Below are positions 8,752-19,076 of a stretch of DNA of 64,000 nucleotides, one piece after another (the stretch's first letter is position 1; each line of letters opens with the position of its first letter). Both the position numbers and the translations under genes were made by a program. Origin of the DNA: an uncultured Gemmatimonadales bacterium (GTDB lineage: Bacteria; Gemmatimonadota; Gemmatimonadetes; Gemmatimonadales; GWC2-71-9); NCBI GenBank assembly GCA_963812755.1, contig CAWEWK010000006.1:15645-79644 (forward strand). Reading direction: 5' to 3'. Under the pieces are notes generated by a model that saw only the letters and a list, made by a program, of their open reading frames with translations, had not been told where the DNA came from and did no database searches.

Positions 8752-9545
8752 CTGGCCATCAGCAACAGCAGCACACCCAGGACGATGCGATACCAGGCGA
8801 ATACCGTGAAGCTGTGCCGGGAGACGTAGGCCAGAAAGGCTTTGACCACCAGAGCAGCGGAGAGGAACGAGACCAGAAAGCCAACGGCGAAGAACGGAAA
8901 GTCGCTGGCCGACAGCGCCCCCCAGCTCTTCAGTAAGTCATAGAGCGTGGCCGCGAACATGACCGGGATCGCGAGAAAGAAGGAGAACTCGGTCGCCGCG
9001 GTGCGAGAGAGTCCCAGGGCATAGCCGCCCATGATCGTGGCGCCGGAGCGGGATGTCCCGGGAATCAGCGAGAGGACCTGCGCCAGGCCAATGCCGATGG
9101 CCGTTCCAGCGGGGACCTCTCCTACCTCGGTTATCCTGACCGTCGGGCGCCACCGCTCGATCAGGAGAATGAAGATCCCGCCGACCACGAGGGCCCAGGC
9201 GACGACGCTGGTATTGAAGAGTCGTTCCTTGATCCAGTCGTGGGCCAGAAGCCCCACGATGGCGGCGGGAAGAAATGCCAGGATCAGGTTGCCGAGAAAG
9301 CGGCGACTGGACGGATCGTGCCGGGCGGCGAGGACGATTCGGGTCAGTCGCAGGCGATAGAGCCACACGATCGCCAGGATGGCTCCGAGCTGGATGAAGA
9401 TGTCGAAGGTCTTCGCGCGAGCATCGACTTGGCCCAGCCATTCGCTGACGACGATCAGGTGGCCGGTGGATGAGACCGGAACGAACTCCGTCGCCCCCTC
9501 GACCAGGCCCAGAACCACCGCCTTGATGAGGAGGTCAGGCGACAT
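8748..9545 (-). CDS. uppP: undecaprenyl-diphosphate phosphatase
   Basis: LGLVEGATEFVPVSSTGHLI and PGTSRSGATI are BacA/UppP signatures. Polytopic membrane protein. Confidence 0.93.
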   Translation of the reverse strand: MSPDLLIKAVVLGLVEGATEFVPVSSTGHLIVVSEWLGQVDARAKTFDIFIQLGAILAIVWLYRLRLTRIVLAARHDPSSRRFLGNLILAFLPAAIVGLLAHDWIKERLFNTSVVAWALVVGGIFILLIERWRPTVRITEVGEVPAGTAIGIGLAQVLSLIPGTSRSGATIMGGYALGLSRTAATEFSFFLAIPVMFAATLYDLLKSWGALSASDFPFFAVGFLVSFLSAALVVKAFLAYVSRHSFTVFAWYRIVLGVLLLLMAR

Positions 9546-9554
9546 ACCAGGGCC

Positions 9555-10679
9555 TCACCGAAGAACCTCGTGGTACAGCTCCTCGTACATGGGGACGATT
9601 CGGTCGGCGGAGAACTCGCGTGCCTTGGCGATCGCCGCAAATCGCATGGCGGCGTGACGTTCCGGGTCGCGAAGCAGCTCGATGCCCCGCCGTGCCATTG
9701 CCTCCACCGAGCCGGGCGGTTCCAGGATTCCATTGACCCCGTCGTCCACCACTTCGGGCAGCCCGCCGGCCCGGCTGCCGACCACGGGCGATCCGCAGGC
9801 CATCGCCTCCAGCGCGGCCAGCCCAAACGATTCCGATTGAGAAGGCAGGATGAAGAGATCGCTGGCTTGAAGCAGCGAGGCGACCGAGTCGAGCCGTCCG
9901 AGGAAGCGAACGTCGGTGTCGACGCCAAGCTCCCGGGCCTCAGTCTCGGCATCGACCCGTTCGGGGCCGTCGCCGATCATCACCAGCGTTGCCGGCAGGG
10001 CCCGGCGGATTCGGGCGAACACTCGAACCACGTCTTTGACCCGCTTCACTTCCCGAAAGTTGGAGACGTGGGTGATCACCTTGTGCCCCTCCGGCGCGAC
10101 CGCGCTTCGCGCCCCCGGCTCTCCCGGCCGGTACTCGTTGAGGTTCACGAAGTTGGGAATCACCTTGAGGTCGCAGCTGACACAACCGAACGCCCGGTAG
10201 GTCTCGTCCCGCAGATAGGTGGATACCGCGGTCACCGCGTCGGAACGCTCGATGGAGAACTTGGTGATGGCGTAGAAGCTGGACTCCTGGCCGACCAGGG
10301 TGATGTCGGTGCCGTGCAGAGTGGTGATCACCCGCAGCCGCCGCTCACCGTTGAGCATCTCGCGCGCGAGGTAGGCCGTGGTCGCGTGGGGGATAGCATA
10401 GTGCACGTGAAGAATCTCGAGCCCTTCGCGAACCACCACCTCGTGCTGCTTGGACGCCAGCGCGAGGGTGTATGGAAAGTGATCGAACAGGGGATACCGT
10501 CCCATCTTGGTTTCCACCTGATGGTAGAAGACCCGCTCGGTATATCCCCGCAGACGGAAGGGAGAGTCGTAGGTGATGAAGTGAACCTCGTAGCCCCGCC
10601 GCGCCAGGTCGAGTCCCAGCTCGGTGGCCACGGCGCCGGAGCCGCCGTAGGTCGGGTAGCACGTGATTCCGATCTTCAT
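9555..10679 (-). CDS. bshA: N-acetyl-alpha-D-glucosaminyl L-malate synthase (bacillithiol biosynthesis glycosyltransferase)
   Basis: [43 protein letters not shown] ... [19 protein letters not shown] is near-collinear with B. subtilis BshA. Confidence 0.85.
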   Translation of the reverse strand: MKIGITCYPTYGGSGAVATELGLDLARRGYEVHFITYDSPFRLRGYTERVFYHQVETKMGRYPLFDHFPYTLALASKQHEVVVREGLEILHVHYAIPHATTAYLAREMLNGERRLRVITTLHGTDITLVGQESSFYAITKFSIERSDAVTAVSTYLRDETYRAFGCVSCDLKVIPNFVNLNEYRPGEPGARSAVAPEGHKVITHVSNFREVKRVKDVVRVFARIRRALPATLVMIGDGPERVDAETEARELGVDTDVRFLGRLDSVASLLQASDLFILPSQSESFGLAALEAMACGSPVVGSRAGGLPEVVDDGVNGILEPPGSVEAMARRGIELLRDPERHAAMRFAAIAKAREFSADRIVPMYEELYHEVLR

Positions 10680-11611
10680 GAGTCAGCGGTGAGTCCTTGC
10701 TTCTGCCAGAGCTCGACGATCTCCCTTGCCACTTTCTCCGCCCCTCTGGTCGCGTCGAGCATGATCGCCTCCCGGTCGAGCTGATGGCGAAACCAGGTTT
10801 CCTGCCGCTTGGCGTACTGCCGGGTGCTGGTGGCGATCGCTTCGGCCACACTCTCGCGCGGACGGCGGCCCTGCAGGTAGTCGACCGCCTCGCGAACCCC
10901 GATTCCATCCAATCCCGGAGCCGACGGGGAATGGCCTTCCGCCAGAACCGACGCCACTTCCTCGATCAGGCCCCGACGGATCATCTCCTCAGCCCGTCGG
11001 GCGATCCGCTGGTGCAACACCGGCCGCGGTGCGGTCAAGACAATGTACCACGGGTCGATGGCCCCACGTGCCTTGGCCGACTGCTGCCAATGGGTCAGCG
11101 CGTGACCGGTGAGCAGCGCCACCTCGATGGCGCGGCTGGCTCGCTGCCGCCCACCGCCCCTGAAACCGGGGTCGAGCCGGCCGGCCCAGCGGAGCAGCTC
11201 CAGGGGCTCGAGCCGGGCGGTGAATGCGTCCAACGAGCGGCGACGTGCCAAGTCCAGTGGCGGCTCGTGAAACAGCCCCTCGGCCAGGGCCCGGACGTAG
11301 AGACCGGTCCCTCCCACGACGACGGGGACCCTCTTCCGGTTCCGTACCCCCTCGATCCACCGCTCCGCATCCCGCGCGAAGTGCCCGGCGCTGTACCGGC
11401 TGCCCGGCTCGACCACGTCGAGACCGTGGTGCGGGACCCGGGCTCGTTCCTTCTTGGTGGGCTTGGCGGTGCCGACGTCCAGCCGGCGGTACACCTGGCG
11501 AGAATCGGCGGAGATGATCTCCAGTGGCCAGTGTGCTGCCAGGGCCAGCGCCACTGCGGTCTTCCCCACCGCGGTGGGGCCCAGGAGGACCGGGATCCTA
11601 GCGCCGGCCAA
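10676..11611 (-). CDS. miaA: tRNA dimethylallyltransferase
   Basis: P-loop VLLGPTAVGKTAVALALA and DSRQVYRRLDVGTAKP. ORF 10676..11809 overlaps mutL, so it is trimmed to TTG 11611 (GGAG 7 nt upstream). GTG 11632 is an alternative start. Confidence 0.88.
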   Translation of the reverse strand: MAGARIPVLLGPTAVGKTAVALALAAHWPLEIISADSRQVYRRLDVGTAKPTKKERARVPHHGLDVVEPGSRYSAGHFARDAERWIEGVRNRKRVPVVVGGTGLYVRALAEGLFHEPPLDLARRRSLDAFTARLEPLELLRWAGRLDPGFRGGGRQRASRAIEVALLTGHALTHWQQSAKARGAIDPWYIVLTAPRPVLHQRIARRAEEMIRRGLIEEVASVLAEGHSPSAPGLDGIGVREAVDYLQGRRPRESVAEAIATSTRQYAKRQETWFRHQLDREAIMLDATRGAEKVAREIVELWQKQGLTADS

Positions 11612-13310
11612 AGCGGCGCTCCAGCTCCTCACGCGGTAACTGTACGATGGTGGCGCGTCCGTGCACGTCGTGGGGTGGGAGGTCGCTCGCGAACAGGCGC
11701 AGGAGCAGCTCGCGCATCTCCCTCTGTTCCAGTCGGGCGCCGGCCTTGATCGCCGCACGGCAGGCGAAGGTAGCCGCGAAACGCTCCAGCCGGTTGGCCC
11801 AGCCACCAAAGCGGCCGCGCGCCAGGTCGGCGATCATTTCCCGGAAGCACGCGCCGGCATCGAAACGGGGGTGTGGCGCCGGCACCGCGTGCACTACCAC
11901 GGTGCGGCCACCGAAACCTTCGGTCTCGAATCCGATCCGCCGCAGCTCTTCACCATGCGCTTCCACCGCATCCAGTTCCTCGTCGGTCAGCTCCAGCGTC
12001 AGAGGCAGCAGGAGGCGCTGAGCCGGCGCTGCCCCCCCGGTGAGCTGAGCCAGGACCTGCTCGTAGAGAACCCGCTCGTGAGCGGAGTGCTGGTCTACGA
12101 TGATGAGACCCTGGGGCGACTCGTAGACGATGTAGGTGTCGAAAATCTGGAGGAGAGGCTGTTGGAAGCCGAGGTCGACCTCTGGTGGTTGACCGGTGGT
12201 CCCTGCGGCGCCCGCGAGCTCAGGCGGGGCGAACAGATCCGCGAGCGGGGCGCCCATAGCCCCAACCGGTGCCATCCACTGCCCGTTCGACTGACCGCCC
12301 GTCACTGCGCCTACCGCGGCAGCCAGCGCCCCCAGCGCATGGCGCACCGCTTCCTCGACCACTCGCTCCACTCCGATGCGATCGCGGAAGCGCACCTCCA
12401 GCTTGGCCGGATGGACGTTGACGTCGACGTCCTCCGGCGCTACCGCGACCCGCAGGTAAATGGAAGGCCGGTCGCCGGGGTGAATCGCCGAGCGGTATCC
12501 CGCCTCCGCCGCTCGTACGAGGAACGGGTCCTTGAACGGACGCCCATTGACCAACAACTGGGTACGTCGCCCGCTGGGACCGGCATCACCCGGGCGTTGC
12601 ACGAAGCCCTCCACCCGGAAGGCGCCGGCCGCGTAGCTGACCGGAACCAGCGTAGCGGCGAGATCCCTGCCCCATACCGATGCCAGACGCTGGTCAGCGC
12701 TCTCACCCGCGGGCACCGCGAGCCGGCAGGTGGCGTCTACGTGCAGCTCGAATCCGACCTCGGGATGGGCCAGGGCGAGCGTCGCCACCACCTCGTGTGC
12801 CGCCCGGGTCTCGCTGGCCACCGACCGAAGAAATTTCCGGCGGGCGGGAGTGTTGAAGAACAACGCCCGGACCGTGACAGTGGTACCCCGTTGGCGCACC
12901 GCGTCGCCGACTCGATCGAGCCGGCCGCCGGACACGGTCAACTCGGTGCCGGTACCGGAGCCTTCGTGGGTGACGAGGGAGAATCGGGAAACCGAAGCGA
13001 TCGCGGGCAAGGCCTCACCGCGAAAGCCCAGGGTAGAGACACCGATCAGATCGGCGACGCTGCGTACCTTGCTGGTGGCATGGCGATCGAGGGCGAGCAC
13101 TGCATCTTCCCGACCCATGCCGCTGCCGTCATCGCTCACCTGGATCAGGGTCTTGCCACCGTGCTCCAGCTCGACTCTCACGTGAGTCGCGCCGGCATCC
13201 AGCGCGTTCTCCACCAGCTCCTTCACTACCGACGCCGGGCGCTCGACCACTTCGCCCGCGGCGATCTGATCGGCAACCGCGTCGGGCAGAATAGCGATGC
13301 GGCGAGGCAT
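11598..13310 (-). CDS. mutL: DNA mismatch repair protein MutL
   Basis: IAAGEVVERPASVVKELVENALDAGAT is the GHKL ATPase motif. C-terminal dimerisation domain present. Length is 570 aa. Confidence 0.95.
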   Translation of the reverse strand: MPRRIAILPDAVADQIAAGEVVERPASVVKELVENALDAGATHVRVELEHGGKTLIQVSDDGSGMGREDAVLALDRHATSKVRSVADLIGVSTLGFRGEALPAIASVSRFSLVTHEGSGTGTELTVSGGRLDRVGDAVRQRGTTVTVRALFFNTPARRKFLRSVASETRAAHEVVATLALAHPEVGFELHVDATCRLAVPAGESADQRLASVWGRDLAATLVPVSYAAGAFRVEGFVQRPGDAGPSGRRTQLLVNGRPFKDPFLVRAAEAGYRSAIHPGDRPSIYLRVAVAPEDVDVNVHPAKLEVRFRDRIGVERVVEEAVRHALGALAAAVGAVTGGQSNGQWMAPVGAMGAPLADLFAPPELAGAAGTTGQPPEVDLGFQQPLLQIFDTYIVYESPQGLIIVDQHSAHERVLYEQVLAQLTGGAAPAQRLLLPLTLELTDEELDAVEAHGEELRRIGFETEGFGGRTVVVHAVPAPHPRFDAGACFREMIADLARGRFGGWANRLERFAATFACRAAIKAGARLEQREMRELLLRLFASDLPPHDVHGRATIVQLPREELERRFGRR

Positions 13311-13319
13311 CGGGAGAAT

Positions 13320-15668
13320 TTAGCTGCCGACCGCCGCCACCGCCTCCTCGGCCAGCCATCCCTCCTGCCGCCCCGGCGCCCGGATCATGAGCCATCCCGG
13401 CGTTCGCCGGACGATCCGGACGGCGCTGCCCGGCTCGAGGGGAGCCACCGCCGGGGCCAGGCCGTGAGGCGATAGCCGCAGCGTGGTCCGATCGAGGACG
13501 ACCGCGAGGGGGCGGCGATACCATGCCCGGAGGGCCAGCCCGCCGGTTATTCCACAGAGGGAGAGGATCAGCAGGGCGGACCAGCGATCGCGGAGCCGGG
13601 GCCGCAGCCACCATCCGATCCAGCCCGCGAGCCAACCGATCCCCCCCAGCAGGAGAAGCTCTTCCGGCGTCACCGGAGGCGACCAGAACCACCGCGCCGA
13701 CGTCGCATCCGGTGGTGGGGTGAGCGCCAACGCGCGGCGTATCGCGCCTTGCCGCGGCGTCAGCCGGCGGGCTTCGAGCCAGGCCGCCTCGGCCCGGCCC
13801 TCCCGACCCAAGCGATAGTAGCTGGCGCCGAGGTTGTACCAATGGGCCGCGACCGCAGGGGACTCCGCGGTCCGGCGGGCGAATCCGGCCGCGGCCGCGG
13901 CCAAGGAGCCCTCCCGGTACAGCTCCTCCGGCGCGGGTGCTTGCGCCTCGGCGAGCCTACCGGCCGCAACCGTCAGGAACAGGATGGCCGCCCCCCGCGA
14001 GACCCAACCGCGCAGCGAGCCGCCGAGCCGGCGGACCAGCTCGTGGACCTCCGCGGCGAGGACCGGATCTTCCGCCACCGAGAGGCCGGGGCCATATCGC
14101 CGGGCCAGCAACCGCTCCCGTGCTGCGGCCACCCGCGACGCCAACTCGGCATCGGCACCTGCGGCTCGGACCGCGGCAACCAGTCGGCTGCCGGAGCGCC
14201 GGTCTGGATCGGGCACGAGATTTCGTACCAGCGCGTCCAGCTCTTCCTCCGCCTCACGGAGCCGGGTGTGCCGCACTGGCGGCGCACGGCGCTTGCCGAA
14301 CGAGGGCACGCGGCCCCGCGCGAGCGCCGCGAGCGGCGGCACCAGGATCAAGGCGATCCACGCCCAGTCCGGCAGGTCATGGACCAATCGTCGGCTCAGC
14401 GCCGGTGCATCTCCGTCCATCAAGCCGGGGGGTAGGGCGGCCGATACCGCGGATTCGCCGGAAGGCGCCACTGGAATCGAAGCAGCGGCGACCGGCACCT
14501 GCCGGTAGTGATGCGCCGCGAGATCGAAGTAGGGATAGTCCATCGCAGGAAGCGCCAAGGCACCGGCCGAGTCGGGCACCACGAGAAAGCGATAGGTCTT
14601 GGTCCCGCCTACGCGGCCGTTGGTATTGGATACCTGTTCATCGACTCGCTCCAGATACGCGCGCGCATGGCTCGGCCACCGGGTCTCCGGAGCCGGCCAC
14701 AACGCGATGTTCCCCTCTCCAGCAACGGTGATCTCTACCGACACCCCTTCGCCTACTCGTGTCGCCGGCGGATTGACCCTTCGGTCGACTCGGAGGTCTG
14801 AAGCCACCGCACCGGCGAAGCCGGCCGGGCGGCTTGCTTCGGGCAGTGGACTCACCAGCAGAGTCTCGGCGCGGCTGGTGATCGCGTAGCGTTCCTCCTG
14901 ACTGAAGAACTGGAGTGCCACCGGCACTCCGTACTTGAGGGTGGCTCTGGGTACGTCCACCCGCCCCGAGACCAGAGGAAAGACCACCTGGTGGGCGACG
15001 AAGAGGTCGTACCAGCGGCCGCCGATGTTGCGGGTAGCCGCGATTCCGGAAGGCGTGGCCTGCGGATAGCTCCACACTCCGTCGATGACCGGCGGCTGGA
15101 GCGTCGGAGGCCGGCGCAGTTGCAGCCGAAGATCGCGGGGAAACCAAGCCGCGGTCACCACGTCGACTTGCTCTCCCACCTGGGCTGAATCGGTCGACAC
15201 CAGCAGATCCACCCCGGCCTGGCCCGGTGTCGGTGGAACCGCACGGTCCAGCAGCCGCCGGAGCCGGGGGTTGAGGGTCGAGGCGGTGGCCGCGCGGTTG
15301 GCGGTGACATCGACCACCAGGGCCGCCGCTTCCACCGTGTCGCGCCCCTGGATCGCGCGGGCGGGTCCCAGCTGCCAGCGTCCGGGTCGGACCGCGCGAA
15401 GCCGGACTTCGAGCAGCGTGGTTCGCGTGGGATCGGGGCTACGCGCGATCTCGGTTCGCTCACTGCGCGATACGATCTCGAGGCCGTTGAAGGGGGCCAC
15501 CGTCACCTCCATCGGCACCGGCGAATGGCTCACCGCGCGCAGGACGAAAAGAATCTCTTCACCCACCGCCACCCGATCCTCGTCCACCGAGACTTCGATC
15601 CGGGGGCTCTCGCCCTGGGTCGCCGAGAGCCCCGCGCCGACCAGCAGCCAGAGCGTGAGACCGATCAC
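13320..15668 (-). CDS. BatD-like oxygen-tolerance protein fused to BatE-like TPR/SH3 module
   Basis: The C-terminal 782 aa of ORF 13320..17231. GTG 15668 overlaps the batB stop (GTGA). Order of parts: signal/TM, BatD-like body, TM (WAWIALILVPPLAALA), TPR (HWYNLGASYYRLGREGRAEAAW), TMs, then an SH3-like tail. Confidence 0.75.
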   Translation of the reverse strand: MIGLTLWLLVGAGLSATQGESPRIEVSVDEDRVAVGEEILFVLRAVSHSPVPMEVTVAPFNGLEIVSRSERTEIARSPDPTRTTLLEVRLRAVRPGRWQLGPARAIQGRDTVEAAALVVDVTANRAATASTLNPRLRRLLDRAVPPTPGQAGVDLLVSTDSAQVGEQVDVVTAAWFPRDLRLQLRRPPTLQPPVIDGVWSYPQATPSGIAATRNIGGRWYDLFVAHQVVFPLVSGRVDVPRATLKYGVPVALQFFSQEERYAITSRAETLLVSPLPEASRPAGFAGAVASDLRVDRRVNPPATRVGEGVSVEITVAGEGNIALWPAPETRWPSHARAYLERVDEQVSNTNGRVGGTKTYRFLVVPDSAGALALPAMDYPYFDLAAHHYRQVPVAAASIPVAPSGESAVSAALPPGLMDGDAPALSRRLVHDLPDWAWIALILVPPLAALARGRVPSFGKRRAPPVRHTRLREAEEELDALVRNLVPDPDRRSGSRLVAAVRAAGADAELASRVAAARERLLARRYGPGLSVAEDPVLAAEVHELVRRLGGSLRGWVSRGAAILFLTVAAGRLAEAQAPAPEELYREGSLAAAAAGFARRTAESPAVAAHWYNLGASYYRLGREGRAEAAWLEARRLTPRQGAIRRALALTPPPDATSARWFWSPPVTPEELLLLGGIGWLAGWIGWWLRPRLRDRWSALLILSLCGITGGLALRAWYRRPLAVVLDRTTLRLSPHGLAPAVAPLEPGSAVRIVRRTPGWLMIRAPGRQEGWLAEEAVAAVGS

Positions 15669-17299
15669 CAGTCCTTCACTCCGCCGGCGGAGCCACTCTG
15701 CAGTCGCCGTTGTTGCTCGGCGCGGGTGGCCCGCTCGCGCCGCTCCATCGAGCTGAGGATCTGCTCGGCCTGACTCTGGCTGAGACTCTGGCTGCGCGGT
15801 GGGGGCTGGCTCTCCGGCTTGGACTGGCCACCACCGCTGGGAGGCGGCGTTCCACCACCACCGCCACCGCCCGACGGTGGAGGCGGGGGCCGTCGCTGGT
15901 CGGCCAGTTCGAGATTCCACTTGGCCCGCCGGGACGACGGCTCCAACAGCAGGGCCTGCCGCAACCGCTCTACCGCGTCCTCCAGAAACTCCTCCCGACG
16001 AGTCGTATCCGCCTCCGCTCCTAGCAACCCGACCAATCCCAGGTTGTACAAGGCACGGTATCGCAGCTCGGGGTCGAGCGACTTGGTGGCTTGCAGCAGC
16101 GCGCCGCGCGCGACGTCGAGCCGCCCAGCCTCGAGCGCCGCGGTCCCCGCGTTGTAGAACGCGGTGTCCCGCGCGTTCCCTCCCTTGGCTTCCTCCAGAA
16201 AGATGGCCGCAGCGCCGGCGGGGTCGCCGGCAGCGAGCTCGCGGGCGCCCTCGGTCGGCCGTTGCGCCACTGCGCTTTGCCCGAGCAGGAGCAGGCCCGC
16301 GATGCCCACGAGAGCGGGACCCGGCCGCACCAGGGTGTAGCCCAGGAGCAGCACGGCCGCGGCGAGCACCGGGATCCATGCTCGTGGAATGAGATCGGCG
16401 GTGCGGGTTTCCGACGACGGACTGCGCTTCATCGCCGCCATCAGCTCCCGCACCGCCCCGGCCTGATCCGGTACCTCGCTTGGTACCAGAGTGCCCTCCG
16501 CCGCATCCACGACTGCCTGGAGGATGTCGTCTCGCCGCTGGGTCCGTACCAGTGCGCCGTTGGCGTCCTGCTTGTACTCGGTGACGGTTCCCGCCGAGTC
16601 GCGGATCGGGATGCGAGAGGGCCTGGTTGCACCTTCCGCGACCATGATCAGCCTGACTCCCATCTCCTTGAGGGCCTCGGCTCGCGTGACGATCTCCGGC
16701 AGGGTGTCGTGCGCCTCGCCGTCGGTGAACACGACCAGCACCCGATCGGCGGCGTCGGTCGTTGCACCCAGGAGCTCGGCTCCCTGGCCCAACACCGAGC
16801 TCAGGTTCGACCCGCCTTCGCTTGCCAGGTCGGGATCGAGGGCGTCGAGGTACATCCGAATCGCCCCGCCGTCTACGGTAAGGGGGGCAAGGATGTAGCT
16901 CCGGCCGGCAAAGGCGATCAATCCCAGACGATCGCCCTCCAAGTCCTGAATCAGCCGGCGGGCCTCTCGCACCGCTCGCTGGAGCCGGCTGGGAGCGACG
17001 TCCTCGGCCAGCATCGACCGGCTGATATCTACGGCGAACACCAGGCTCAAGGCCCTGGTCTGAGTCTTGATGTGTCGGCTGCCCATGCGCGGACCGGCGA
17101 GTCCCAAGCAGGCGAGTAGCGCCACCAGCCCGAGCACGATAGGCGCCCAGCGCCCCCGAGCCCGCGCCACCCGGCCCAGTGCCGGCGACCACCGCCGGGC
17201 GAGACGGATGCGGCGCCCACGGGCAAGCCACGCGCCGAGGCCAACCGCCAGCGCCAACACCGGGGCCAGGAACAGCAGCAACGGGGCATCGAAGCTCAT
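15665..17299 (-). CDS. BatB/BatC-like VWA plus TPR protein
   Basis: N-terminal TMs, VWA MIDAS motif (VFAVDISRSM), TPR (AFYNAGTAALEAGRLDVARG; YRALYNLGLV), then a Pro/Gly-rich linker and a charged tail. Confidence 0.85.
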   Translation of the reverse strand: MSFDAPLLLFLAPVLALAVGLGAWLARGRRIRLARRWSPALGRVARARGRWAPIVLGLVALLACLGLAGPRMGSRHIKTQTRALSLVFAVDISRSMLAEDVAPSRLQRAVREARRLIQDLEGDRLGLIAFAGRSYILAPLTVDGGAIRMYLDALDPDLASEGGSNLSSVLGQGAELLGATTDAADRVLVVFTDGEAHDTLPEIVTRAEALKEMGVRLIMVAEGATRPSRIPIRDSAGTVTEYKQDANGALVRTQRRDDILQAVVDAAEGTLVPSEVPDQAGAVRELMAAMKRSPSSETRTADLIPRAWIPVLAAAVLLLGYTLVRPGPALVGIAGLLLLGQSAVAQRPTEGARELAAGDPAGAAAIFLEEAKGGNARDTAFYNAGTAALEAGRLDVARGALLQATKSLDPELRYRALYNLGLVGLLGAEADTTRREEFLEDAVERLRQALLLEPSSRRAKWNLELADQRRPPPPPSGGGGGGGTPPPSGGGQSKPESQPPPRSQSLSQSQAEQILSSMERRERATRAEQQRRLQSGSAGGVKDW

Positions 17300-18270
17300 G
17301 GCACTCTCACCACCAGGGTGCTACCCAGCAACAGCTCCAGCGCCAGCGCGCCCAACCCGAGCAGGATGAGCGGGCGGGTAGCTTCGTCGTAACGGGTGTA
17401 GCGGGTCACCTGAATCGGAGTCTTCTCCAGCGCGTCGATCTGCCGGAAAATCCGGCTCAGCGCCTCACTATCCCGGGCGCGGAAATAACGCCCCCCGGTT
17501 TGCTGGGCGATCTCTTTCAGTAGCGGCTCGTCGATCCGTACCGGCAGCAATTCGTAGCGGAAGCCGCCCAGCCCGCGTCCGGTGGGGATCGGAGCCTCGC
17601 CGATAGTCCCGACTCCAATGGTATACACTTTGATGCCGAACGCAGCCGCGGTCTGCGCCGCAGTGCGCGGATCGATCAAGCCCCGGTTGTTCTCGCCGTC
17701 GGTCAGCAGCAAGATCACCTTGGATTTGTCGGGCGCACGCCGAAGCCGGTTCACCGCGGTCGCCAAGCCGCTCCCGATGGCGGTGCCGTCTTCCAGGCTG
17801 CCGATCTTCAAATCCATTACGGCCTGCTCGATCACCGGATAGTCCAGCGTCACCGGGACCTGGGTGAGCGCCTCGCCGGCAAATGCTACCAGTCCTATCC
17901 GGTCGGCCGAGCGTCCGCGGATGAACCCGACCGCTTGCCGCTTGGCCACCTCGAGCCGGTTGGAGGGCGCGAAATCCTCGGCCAGCATGCTGCTGGAGAT
18001 GTCGATGGTGATGACAATCGCGATACCTTCCTTCTTGACCTCCACCATGTCGCCACCGATTCGCGGGCCGGCGGCTGCAATCAGCAGCGCCGCCAGAGCC
18101 ATGAGCCGGAACGCGGGCGGAAGGATGACCCACCACCGGCGGACCGACGCGGCGGCCGGCAAGCTCACGTCGCTGAAAGGAGCCGCCGGCTGGCTCCGTT
18201 GGCGCCTGCGCCACCACCAGAGCGGAAGCAGTAGGAGCAGGAGGAGCAGCACCGGCCGGGCGAAGCTCAC
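17296..18270 (-). CDS. BatA-like VWA-domain membrane protein
   Basis: TM, then VITIDISSSMLAEDFAPSNRLEVAK ... LLTDGENN (VWA/MIDAS), then a C-terminal TM. The GTG start overlaps the upstream stop (GTGA). Confidence 0.88.
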   Translation of the reverse strand: MSFARPVLLLLLLLLPLWWWRRRQRSQPAAPFSDVSLPAAASVRRWWVILPPAFRLMALAALLIAAAGPRIGGDMVEVKKEGIAIVITIDISSSMLAEDFAPSNRLEVAKRQAVGFIRGRSADRIGLVAFAGEALTQVPVTLDYPVIEQAVMDLKIGSLEDGTAIGSGLATAVNRLRRAPDKSKVILLLTDGENNRGLIDPRTAAQTAAAFGIKVYTIGVGTIGEAPIPTGRGLGGFRYELLPVRIDEPLLKEIAQQTGGRYFRARDSEALSRIFRQIDALEKTPIQVTRYTRYDEATRPLILLGLGALALELLLGSTLVVRVP

Positions 18271-19076
18271 GCCGCCTCCCGCCCAAGCTTGGGCTCGATC
18301 TCCGCCGCCCAGCGAGCCAGGCCGATGGCATCAGGGAACGTGGTCCCGCCAAAGCGGGCTTCGTCCAGCGAGCGCAGCAAGTCCCCCATTTCGGCAAGCG
18401 GCCAATCGGCCCGTGACTCGGTCACGTGGCTGAGTACCGCTTCGGTGTCCAACGCCGGGTTGGCCGCGGGAAGGACGCGGCCGATGGCGGCCCGGAGCCG
18501 GGCGGTGGCGGCAGCCGCGACTGCCCGGAACTCACCGGCATCGGCCCAGCGTTCCAACAGCTCCGACATCGGCTCGTCGGTCTCCCGGCGGAGGATGGCG
18601 CCGGCTGGCGGTCCGCGCCGGCGCCACCACCAGTGCAGCGGGGCGAGTAGGAGGATCGCGACCAATCCGAAAAGGAGGAGGGGAATCGGGGTAGTTGCGA
18701 CCCGGGGCACGAATTCCGCACGAGGCTGTGGCCGCAGGGTGGAGTCCGGAGGGATCCGGGGGAGAACGCTCGCAACCAACATATCCACCGGCTCGGAGGC
18801 CAGGGAGTCGACGGTGCCGTCGGCCCCGAGCAGCAGCGGACCCGGTGGATTGAGTGTGTATGCGCCCGGCCGCCATATCACGATTGGATAGGCAACCACG
18901 GCGGAGCTTCCCCGCACTGAGACTCGGGCCGGGCCCAGCAGCTCGATGGAATCGGCGAGCTCCCAGTCAACTGCGCGCACCGTGTTGCCCGGTGGGACAC
19001 TTACCGTGCGGCTCACCCAGATCGTGTCACCTACGGTAGGCAGGGCGGCCTGAAGCAGCAGCGCGAGAAGGATCAT
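18267..19076 (-). CDS. hypothetical membrane protein (DUF4381-like by position in the Bat operon)
   Basis: Single TM followed by HWWWRRRG. It sits between the DUF58 and batA genes, as in Bacteroides-type bat operons. ATGA overlap with the DUF58 stop. Confidence 0.6.
   Translation of the reverse strand: MILLALLLQAALPTVGDTIWVSRTVSVPPGNTVRAVDWELADSIELLGPARVSVRGSSAVVAYPIVIWRPGAYTLNPPGPLLLGADGTVDSLASEPVDMLVASVLPRIPPDSTLRPQPRAEFVPRVATTPIPLLLFGLVAILLLAPLHWWWRRRGPPAGAILRRETDEPMSELLERWADAGEFRAVAAAATARLRAAIGRVLPAANPALDTEAVLSHVTESRADWPLAEMGDLLRSLDEARFGGTTFPDAIGLARWAAEIEPKLGREAA

Noticed and set aside
15800-15900. Poly-Gly/Pro DNA tract (GGTGGAGGCGGGGG..., CCACCACCACCGCCACCGCC) as a possible simple-sequence contingency locus
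   Set aside because: It encodes the PPPPPSGGGGGGGTPPPSGGG linker in frame within the BatB/C-like protein. It is not a perfect homopolymer or short tandem repeat, so phase variation is not supported.
13320-17231. A 1303-aa ORF that looks like one giant protein
   Set aside because: Its N-terminal 520 or so codons are Arg/Gly/Pro-rich low-information sequence. They overlap, in another frame, the well-supported BatB/C-like gene (15665..17299). Only the part downstream of GTG 15668 shows protein-like features. This is a high-GC read-through artefact.
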